NCBI RefSeq assembly: GCF_006345805.1
Contig: NW_021828560.1
Coordinates: 1-7,971 of the forward strand
Length of the DNA stretch: 7,971 bases
DNA from: Octopus sinensis
Lineage: Eukaryota
Direction: 5' to 3'
This document shows, piece by piece, positions 1 through 7,917 of the stretch. A model generated the notes under the pieces. That model saw nothing but the letters and a program-made list of their open reading frames with translations. It ran no database searches and was not told the origin of the DNA. Position 1 is the stretch's first letter. Every line of letters begins with the position of its first letter. A program made the translations under genes and the position numbers.

Positions 1-78
1 CAACCTATATCCATCTACTTCCGCCTCTCAACACCCAAACCCCACCACCGTCACTATCCAGCGATATTTGGAATATTG

Positions 79-168
79 AAAAAAAAAAACAAACAAACAA
101 ACAAAACAAAAAACAACAACAAACAAAAACAATATAAAATGAAAACAGAAATAAAAAATTAAAAAAAA
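79..168. repeat. A-rich low-complexity tract: poly(A) followed by (AAAC)n and degenerate A-runs
   Basis: A11 at 79-89, then caaacaaacaaacaaaacaaaaaacaac and further A-runs to 168. Confidence 0.85.
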
Positions 169-248
169 CGCAATGACAGTCACACACCCCTTTCAATTAA
201 AAGCAAAAGAACTGATTTAATTAGTGTTGACAATTAAAAACAAACTAT

Positions 249-284
249 AATATATATATACACACAACATATACACACACATAT

Positions 285-338
<54 letters not shown>

Positions 339-361
339 TTATTTATATATGTATACACACA
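249..361. repeat. Compound (TA)n/(CA)n microsatellite
   Basis: Direct reading; pure (AT)n at about 295-330. Confidence 0.95.
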
Positions 362-370
362 GTTTCATCG

Positions 371-425
371 TTTTATTCTATTATATGCGCCTCAGCCCAA
401 AAGCGGCGGCCATGCTGGGGCACCG
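371..425 (-). mobile_element. Probable 3'-tail remnant of an octopus SINE/LINE (5'-truncated retroposon)
   Basis: Minus strand reads GGTGCCCCAGCATGGCCGCCGCTTTTGGGCTGAGG...AATAGAATAAAA. This resembles the GGTGC(C/T)CCAGCATGGCCGCAG...CTGAAAC plus A-rich 3' end I recall from common Octopus repeats. Recognition from memory, not a search. Confidence 0.5.
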
Positions 426-563
426 ACAGTATCGTTATATGTTGAATGGCCATTCTCATGTGGGTTGCTTATAGTGAAAGAGGGATTTTTGATATTACAG
501 CCCTCGTTTTTATTTGCTTAAATTTCTTTGTTTTCCTTTGGTATTATTCCTTGCAGTTGTATC

Positions 564-587
564 ATTATTATTATTATTATTATTATT
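564..587. repeat. (ATT)8 microsatellite
   Basis: Direct reading. Confidence 0.95.
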
Positions 588-694
588 GCATTTACAGTTG
601 TTTCAAATATTGAATTTTCAAGGAAATTTTAAACATTTCCCAGTTCTTTAAATTTAATATAATTTTTCTTACAATTCTCGTATATCCCCAAATT

Positions 695-720
695 TCTCTC
701 TCTCTCTCTCTCTCTCTTTC
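695..720. repeat. (TC)n microsatellite
   Basis: About 11 TC units, direct reading. Confidence 0.95.
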
Positions 721-890
721 CTTCATCTATATCTGATGCGTTTCGGCCTGTTTCCAAGTACACACACACTCACACACTATGTATGTATATTTGATCATAC
801 CTGTATCTACCTACACCTGTATGCATTCTATAAGAACCTCTTTCTCTGTATATATTCGATCATATCTTCAACTAAACGCATCTTTGATCG

Positions 891-1030
891 CATATATATA
901 TACCAAAATATATATATATACATACAACCATTAATAACACACATACATACAAACACAAACAACCCAATAATATATAACAGCAACACATACACACACACAT
1001 ACATATTTATATATGTATATATATATATGT
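891..1030. repeat. Degenerate (TA)n/(CA)n simple-repeat block
   Basis: Direct reading. Confidence 0.85.
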
Positions 1031-1234
1031 AACCGATAAGACTTAACGTGACTTGAGTTCTGTAGGTGCCTCTCGCAACAATGGGTAGCATCGTTGTGAA
1101 ACGCTACAACAGGTTTTCTCTCCAAAATATTCTAAGCTTCTTTTTTATATACGACTCTTATTTCTTCGGATGGTAATCTCTACAACAAATTTAATAAAAA
1201 TTTTTTTCTAATCTAAGGAAAAACTGGTATATAG

Positions 1235-1610
1235 CACATACACACACACAGACACACGTGTGTGTGTGTGTGTGTGTTCTTATGTACATAAAGTCCCAAG
1301 AGAAGCACAGACAAAAACACGGATTTCTCTCCATGCATACATGTCTGTGTATATATATATATATATGTATTAAATTATATAAATACATGCTTGTATGTGC
1401 TTGTAATTCTCTGTGTGTGTGTGTGTTGAGTATATGTACTTGTGTATAAGTGTGTATATATGTGTGTGTGTGTGTGTACATATGCACGAGTATGTGTGTA
1501 TGTATGGAACTACACACGCATGAATATAATACATATATATATATATATTTATATATATATATGTATATATTCATGCGTGTGTATGTGTGTTAGTATATGT
1601 GTGTGTGTGT
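1235..1610. repeat. Compound (CA)n/(TG)n/(TA)n simple-repeat region
   Basis: Multiple dinucleotide runs with short spacers; (CA)n abuts (TG)n at 1257/1258. Confidence 0.85.
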
Positions 1611-1759
1611 AATTGCATGTCTATATACATGTAATTGTATATATACATGTAATTGTATATATACATGTAATTGTATATACACATGTAATTGTATATACAC
1701 ATGTAATTGTATATACACATGTAATTGTATATATACATGTAATTGCATGTATATATACG
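1608..1759. repeat. 18-bp minisatellite TGTAATTGTATATA(T/C)ACA, 6 units plus two flanking 22-bp variants
   Basis: 18-bp units start at 1630, 1648, 1666, 1684, 1702, 1720. The 22-bp variants with an extra CATG start at 1608 and 1738. Confidence 0.95.
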
Positions 1760-1858
1760 TATATCACTGCATGTGCATGTAATTCTGTCTGCAGACTCAT
1801 GTATACGTATGTACATGTGAATGTGTGTGTATACGCGTGTGCTTGTACGTATAAGTGG

Positions 1859-1896
1859 GTATGTATGTATGTATGTATGTGTGTGTGTGTGTGTGT

Positions 1897-1932
<36 letters not shown>

Positions 1933-1964
1933 TATATGTGAATGTGTGTGTGTGTTTTTGTGTG
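1859..1964. repeat. (TATG)n then (TG)n microsatellite
   Basis: Direct reading; about 50 bp of near-pure TG ending in GCGCGT. Confidence 0.95.
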
Positions 1965-2175
1965 CAGTAGTGCCCTGCGTCTCTGAGAGCGTACGAGCGT
2001 GCGTCCGGGTGCGAGGTGGGTGGTGCTTGAGCGCGCGTGCGCGGGAGTAAGAGTGTGTCGGCATGCTCGCTTCTGTCGCGAGATGCTTGCGCGCAGTTGG
2101 TAATTCTGTGACAACTGGCATTGTCCCGTATTTGTACATACGTGTCTAGGTATGTGACTGCGTGGGTGGACGTAT
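1965..2175. other. GC/CpG-rich complex island, possibly a regulatory element or non-coding exon
   Basis: Much higher GC and CpG density than the surroundings; bounded by TGCAG/TAG (1967/1970) and TAG|GTATGT (2149/2150). Confidence 0.3.
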
Positions 2176-2346
2176 TGTATGTGCGTGCTTGTGTGTGTTT
2201 GTGCGTTTGCCAGTGTATTTGTGTATGTATTTGTATGTGTGTGTTTGTGTATGCAGGGTAGGTTTTTTTTTTTCACGTTTATTGTATTACGTACGATTAT
2301 TTATCGGTTTATCGATCTATTTCTATCGCTCACTCCTATTGTTTTT

Positions 2347-2510
2347 ACACTCACACACGCCACACACACACACACACACAATCTTTCACATACACATGCA
2401 CGTATTTATCTATCTATCTATCTATCTATCTATTTCTATATATATACATACACACACACTATACACACTCGTAACATTTACATATATCAATATACATATA
2501 AGCGTGTATG
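2347..2510. repeat. Compound (CA)n/(TATC)n/(TA)n microsatellite
   Basis: Direct reading. Confidence 0.9.
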
Positions 2511-3039
2511 TTTAACGTATTTTGTTTATATGTTGTCACTAAATATCTTTCTATAAACAGTTGAATGTATGTATGTATGTATGATTGTATATTTGTGTAT
2601 CTCCTTATACACTAATATTTCGCTGGAATAGTATATATCAATTTCACTGCCTTGAACTCTGTATGTGCGTGATTCTACATACACACAACATAAGCCTAGG
2701 TAGAAATTGGTATTTCTAAATTTGAATTTACAGGTATTTCGTGTGTGTATATGATTTATATATGGTTCTATGCATTTAGTTCGCAAGTATGTATAGACCA
2801 TACATGTATGCGTATACTTGTATATGTTCGTGTATATTTGTGTGGCAATATAGTGGTTATACTCTCTCTCTTACTCACACATATACACGCACACACCACG
2901 TGTAACAGTCATACTATTGACTGCGTGATCATATACACACATAACTAACTACCTGTCCCTCTGTATCATACTACCTACCTATATTTCTATTATTTATCTA
3001 TGTCTATCTGTCTATCTCCATCCATCCATCCATCCTCTT

Positions 3040-3560
3040 GTCTCTCTACTCATGTTTTGAATCGCTAATAGGATTTTCGTGTTCCCGTCCACCTCAGGTG
3101 AGAGAGATCTCAAAACCCGGTACAGACTCACAAACGCTCACAATACCATTATTTTTATCACCACAGTACTAGCTTCGCTTAAACACAGTCACATCACTAC
3201 CAAACTATCTCTCTTGTTATCTATGTATGCTTACTTGTTACCTACCACACAAACACACATAAACTTGATGTCTTTGCAGTACATCATGACAGTTGCATCG
3301 CTGCTGAGTACTGCCTGTTTGGATAGTCTCTTTGTAGCACTTCCTGGTGGCATTTAATCTGTTGTTCTCCACTTCCCCCCCTTCCTGGGTCTCTTGTGTT
3401 AATTGCTGCGAATCCTCTTTGGATGCAAACCTCAAAGACACTTTTGAGAGACACCAAATGTTGAAAAGAACAAGGTGCTCATTCCTGTTGGCAGGTGTGT
3501 GTCTGCGCTTTTGTATACATGCGAGGAAATCGATGCTCGAATATGCGCCTCTATCTCTCA
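3040..3560. other. High-complexity unique-looking island with + strand splice-signal motifs; function unknown
   Basis: About 500 bp nearly free of microsatellite. Acceptor-like sites at 3097, 3279 and 3337; donor-like sites at 3098 and 3495. No recognisable protein motif in the frames read. Confidence 0.3.
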
Positions 3561-3566
3561 ATGTGT

Positions 3567-3568
3567 AC

Positions 3569-3629
<61 letters not shown>

Positions 3630-3824
3630 ATATATATATATATATATATATATATCTATATATATGTGTGTGTGTGTGTGTTTTATAGTATTATATATAT
3701 AGATATATATAGATTATATATAATATTATATATTATAGATGTGTATATATACTATATATGTGTGTGTATATACGTATATATATATAATATATATAATATG
3801 TGTATATATATATATATATGTGTA

Positions 3825-3857
<33 letters not shown>

Positions 3858-4135
3858 GTAGGTATGTATATATATGTGTGTGTATGTATGATATATATGT
3901 GTGGGTATGTATGTATTTATGTAATGTGTGTGTGTGTATGTATGTATGTGTGTGGTGTGTATGTATGTATATTGGATATATGTTATATGTATGTGTGTGT
4001 ATGTATATATGTATATATGTATGTGTGTGTATGTATATATGTATGTGTGTGTATGTATATATGTATGTGTGTGTATGTATATATATGTATCTGTGTGTGT
4101 ACGTGTATATATATGTGTGCATGTATCTATGTATG

Positions 4136-4168
<33 letters not shown>

Positions 4169-4199
4169 CTCTGTCTCTCTCTCTCTGTCTCTCTGTCTC

Positions 4200-4254
<55 letters not shown>

Positions 4255-4325
4255 TCTGTGTAAATATGTATATATGGTGCGTGTGCGAAGTTAATTGACT
4301 GTTTATGTGTGTGTGTGTGTGTGTT
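3567..4325. repeat. Large compound simple-repeat block: (TA)n, (TG)n, (TATG)n, (TATC)n, (TC)n, (CA)n
   Basis: (TA)26 at 3575-3626; 22-bp higher-order unit ATGTATGTGTGTGTATGTATAT at 3987, 4017, 4039 and 4061. Confidence 0.95.
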
Positions 4326-4834
4326 TAATATATATGCGTGTGTGTCAACTTTTGCTAAGGCAGGTACCCTTTTCTGTGTGTGTGTGTGTATGCGTGTGTA
4401 TCATTCTTAGCGGTGCGTGATTAAGAGCGGCGACATTTTAAATTCCTTAAGTTGGCCTATCTTCAAGTACGTACATACATACATACCTACATACATGCAT
4501 ACATATATACACATATACACATCCAAATACCACCTCTCTCTTTCACTCCCTCTCTCTCTCTCCATTTACACAGCTATCTAACTAATATTTCTTAAAACTT
4601 TCCCTTTTGTGTTTATTTTTATCATCTTTGTTTATTGCGTTTATACACACACCACACACAACACAGAGATACACATGTATGTATGTATATATTTATATAA
4701 TCTCAACAGGTCTATTGTAAACGAAATTTTACACTCTCAACCTATCTTCCTCTTCTCTTCCGCCGTCCGTCCTCATCCGGACCATTTTTAAATTTAGATA
4801 CTTTTTTCTAAAATTTCATCTGTATTGTTTTCAG

Positions 4835-4865
4835 ATTATATTATTATTATTATATTATTATTATT
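4835..4865. repeat. Imperfect (ATT)n upstream of the SINE array
   Basis: Direct reading. Confidence 0.9.
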
Positions 4866-4870
4866 GTTTA

Positions 4871-5072
4871 GGCGGTGAGTTGGCCGACTCGATAGCACGC
4901 CGGACAAAATTGCTCAGTGGCATTTCGTCCGTCTTTACTTTCTGAGTTCAAGTTCTGAGATCTCCTTTGCACGGTGTCGATAAAATACTAATTAAGCACC
5001 GAGGCCAATAAAATGGACAAGCCCATCGCTGCAACAAAATTTCGTGCCGTGTGCTTATTGTACAAATTATAT
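4871..5072 (+). mobile_element. Degenerate tRNA-derived octopus SINE, unit A
   Basis: GGCGGTGAGTTGGCCGACTCGATAGCACGCCGGACAAAATTGCTCAGTGGCATTTCGTCCGTCTTTACTTTCTGAGTTCAA aligns by eye to the head of unit B (5079-5160). The 3' part (GTCGATAAA...AAAATTTCGTGCCGTGTGCTT) resembles the tail of unit C. Confidence 0.8.
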
Positions 5073-5078
5073 CATTAG

Positions 5079-5473
5079 GGTAGCGAGCTGGCAGAGTGGT
5101 TAGAACGCCGGGCGAAATGCTTAGCGGTATTTTGTCTGCCGCTACGTTCCGAGTTCAAATTCCGCCGGGGTCGACTTTTACCTTTCATCCTTTCGGGGGT
5201 CGATTAAATAAGTACCAGTTATGCACTGGGGTCGATATAATCAACTTAATCCCTTTGTCTGTCCTTATTTGTCCCCTCTATGTTTAGCCCCTTGTGGGTA
5301 GTAAAGAAATAGGTATTTCGTCTGCCGCTACATTCTGAGTTCAAATTCCGCCGGTGTTGACTTTACCTTTCATCCTTTCGGAGCCGATAAATTAAGCACC
5401 AGTTGCTAATCGACTGCCCCCCCCCACACTTCCCAAATATTTCAAGCCTTGTGTCTAGAGTAGAAAAGAATAT
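5079..5473 (+). mobile_element. Well-preserved dimeric tRNA-derived octopus SINE: full unit B 5079-5311 plus headless unit C 5312-5473
   Basis: Perfect Pol III A box TGGCAGAGTGG at 5089-5099 and B-box-like GTTCAAATTCC at 5153-5163. Body motif GTCGACTTT.CCTTTCATCCTTTCGGGGTCGAT.AAT.AGTACCAGTT. Segment 5126-5220 is directly repeated at 5312-5404. Matches my recollection of a very abundant Octopus SINE; I cannot assign the exact family name. Confidence 0.9.
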
Positions 5474-5580
5474 CGTTAGCATGCCGGATTAAGTACTTAG
5501 CAGTACTTCTTCCGGCATTAGGTACCAGTTCTGCCAAGTTAGACTTTGTCTTTCATCGTTTCGATCGAATAAATAGCAGA
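5472..5580 (+). mobile_element. Degenerate truncated SINE, unit D of the same family
   Basis: ATCGTTAGCATGCCGGATTAAGTACTTAGCAGTACTTC aligns to GGTTAGAACGCCGGGCGAAATGCTTAGCGGTATTTT of unit B. TTCTGCCAAGTTAGACTTTGTCTTTCATCGTTTCG aligns to TTCCGCCGGGGTCGACTTTTACCTTTCATCCTTTCG. Confidence 0.75.
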
Positions 5581-5583
5581 AAG

Positions 5584-5641
5584 TATTATTATTAAATTTA
5601 TTATTATTATTATTATTATTATCATAATTATTATTATTATT
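5584..5641. repeat. (ATT)n downstream of the SINE array, probably a SINE tail or target
   Basis: Direct reading. Confidence 0.9.
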
Positions 5642-5664
5642 CTACATTTGTTGTTTTTCGACAC

Positions 5665-6520
5665 TACTTGCATCTCTTCAAACATTCACTCTTCGTCTCT
5701 TTGTGTCTCTCTTTGCCTCGGGCATTATTCTCACTTCTCTTTCTTTTCTCTGTGTCTGTCTTTCATTCTAATACACTGACCTCTCTATCTCACACTCTCT
5801 CTTTTCTGTCTCTCTTACACAGTCTTATACTCTCTCACTCTCTTTCTCCCCCTCACTCTCCCTATTTCTATCTCTACCTACCTACTAATCTATCTACCTA
5901 CCGCTCTACTTCTCTACCAACCTATCTACCAACCTATCTACCAACCTATCTACCAACCTATCTACCAACCTATCTACCAACCTATCTACCAACCTATCTA
6001 CCAACCTATCTACCAACCTATCTACAAACCTATCTACCAACCTATCTACCAACCTATCTACCTACCTATCTACCTACCTATCTACCTACCTATCTATCTA
6101 TCTATCTATCCTGTCAGTATCTCCCTATCTCTCTCTTTCTCTTCCTCTGTCACCGTCTCTATTAATCTGTCACTACCCCTCTCTCACAATTACTGTCTCC
6201 ATATCTCTCAATCTATCTCTCTCTCCCACCATCTCTCCTTTACTCTATATTTCCACCGCTCTTCATAAACACACATACATCACTTCACCGAACACTGACG
6301 CTCGTCCACTCATTCTCTTATTCTCTCCATCCTCTGCCAACGATGCCTCCTGTCTTTCTCTCTTACACAATACTAAACATACACATACATTGTCACCGAC
6401 ACATACAGGTACTCTTTCTCTCTCCGTCACTATGTATCTCTCCCTCTCCTCTCTCTCTACCTATATACCTTCACATAGTCTGTCTCTTCTACATACCTTC
6501 ACTGAAACTTCAACACTTTC
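5665..6520. repeat. Pyrimidine-rich (CT) low-complexity region
   Basis: Degenerate (CT)n with very few G on the + strand. Confidence 0.8.
5913..6110. repeat. 12-bp minisatellite (TCTACCAACCTA)12 grading into (TCTACCTACCTA)3 and (TCTA)4
   Basis: Units every 12 bp from 5913 to 6056 with one variant TCTACAAACCTA at 6021; second unit type at 6057-6092; TCTA at 6093-6108. Confidence 0.95.
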
Positions 6521-6887
6521 CTTATCGATCTGCTAGAGACAATAACCAAACACCTCCGAAATCATAATCCGCCGGTCCACACACATACACAATAACAACA
6601 CATTAGATACGGAAAATGTAAGAATAGGGGGTCGCCACGTTTGGGATAGCTTCGATCACAGGTCCCACTATCTCTCTACCAACATGTTTGTACATTCGCT
6701 CCTTCTAATTCTCTCTCTCTTTCTCTATATAAGCGTATATCTCTCTGCATACGCAAATACAAACACACACGTGAATTTGTAAGCGTATGTGTGAATATGT
6801 CTTCACTTTGTTCTAAAAGATGCGTGTATTGAGTCCTACACTGGGTTATTAATCTCGCAACGCCTATGCAATACATCAAAACACAAA

Positions 6888-7012
6888 TGTGTGTGTATGT
6901 ATATATATATATATGTGTGTGTGTTGTTATGTATATATATATATATGTGTGTGTGTATATGTATATATATATATATATATATGTGTGTGTGAGTGTGTGT
7001 GTTATATATATA

Positions 7013-7043
<31 letters not shown>

Positions 7044-7073
7044 ATTATGTATATATAAATGTGAATGTATATG
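6888..7073. repeat. Compound (TG)n/(TA)n microsatellite
   Basis: Direct reading. Confidence 0.95.
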
Positions 7074-7084
7074 TCTGCCGACCA

Positions 7085-7253
7085 TTCTCTCTTTCTCTCT
7101 CTCTCTCTCTCTCTGGTCGCTCCCCATCGCCAACCACATTCCTTGCATTACTTTTAATGTTCTTCCCGTCTTTTCTTTCTCTTTTCATCACTAGCACAAT
7201 CAATCAATCAATCATCAGTCTATCCTTCGATCTGTCTATCTATTCTTCCGTCT

Positions 7254-7288
<35 letters not shown>

Positions 7289-7832
7289 CATCCATCCCAT
7301 CCATCCTTGCACCTCCTGCTCCGTAGATGTACACACACACACACACACACAGATATATGGCGGGTACATCTTTAAACGTACCCGTTTTCCCCTTTACCTC
7401 TTCATTAGCGTGCCTATACACCCGCAAACACACACATACACACACATACATACACACACACACACTTCCTCTCCTCTCTCTCCCAATCTCTCTCTCTCCT
7501 CCTCCTCCCTCTTTCCATTTCTCTGTCTCTTTCCTTCCTCGTTATCACAATCTCATTCTTCACTCCTTCCTTTTCTTTCCTAACCTTTATTCTTCCGTCC
7601 AATCTTCCCTCCATTCGTCCCATCTCTTTGATAATCTCGCTTCCACCTCCAAACCCTTAACCATTATTTTTATATCAAATATTTCAAAATTACGTGAGTC
7701 AAACCATCACAAAATAAATCTTCCCGTTTCTTCTATTCTTTCACTTCTTCCTTCCATTCTTTCCTTCGCCGTTTCCATTGTTATCATCTTTTGTTTCTTC
7801 CTTCACCTTTTCGCGCCTTCATTCTTCCTGTC
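7085..7832. repeat. Pyrimidine-rich low-complexity region with (CT)n, (ATCA)n, (CA)n and (CTT)-like runs
   Basis: Direct reading. Confidence 0.8.
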
Positions 7833-7917
7833 CACACACACACTGTGTCAGGAGAATAGCGCGCGTGTGTGTGTGTGTGCGTGTATGTGTGTGTTAGTAA
7901 TACTATGGTTAGTAATA

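Noticed and set aside
1074-1107. Short alternative hairpins CGCAACAATG-GGTAG-CATCGTTGTG and GTAGC...GCTAC as miRNA/ncRNA
   Set aside because: Stems are 10 bp or shorter and imperfect, too short for a pre-miRNA, and no known mature sequence was recognised.
1608-1759. Regularly spaced repeats as a CRISPR-like array
   Set aside because: Units are directly tandem with no unique spacers, the context is eukaryotic, and there are no cas genes.
1191-2556. Overlapping ORFs on both strands (HVIVYI, YTCNCI, YTITCV, CVCV, THTH repeats)
   Set aside because: They are translations of TA/TG/CA repeats and the 18-bp minisatellite, which lack stops in most frames. No coding signature.
3238-3570. 110-aa minus-strand ORF with protein-like composition
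   Set aside because: No recognisable domain, it begins at the edge of the (TA)n block, and I saw no convincing minus-strand splice sites. It cannot be called a CDS without homology data.
3475-4298. ORFs up to 267 aa rich in YI/CV/MY
   Set aside because: Pure microsatellite translation, open in several frames on both strands.
5079-5170. Possible tRNA gene (A and B boxes)
   Set aside because: No canonical cloverleaf or acceptor stem, and it continues into a repeated SINE body. It is a SINE head.
5096-5287. 63-aa ORF inside the SINE
   Set aside because: Incidental GTG-start frame within a non-coding retroposon.
5668-6165. 165-aa ORF with (YLPT)n
   Set aside because: Product of the 12-bp minisatellite and a CT-rich tract; starts at TTG; no splice or codon evidence.
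6642-6674. TGGGA...TCCCA and GATAG...CTATC inverted pairs
   Set aside because: 5-bp stems that overlap and exclude each other; expected by chance.
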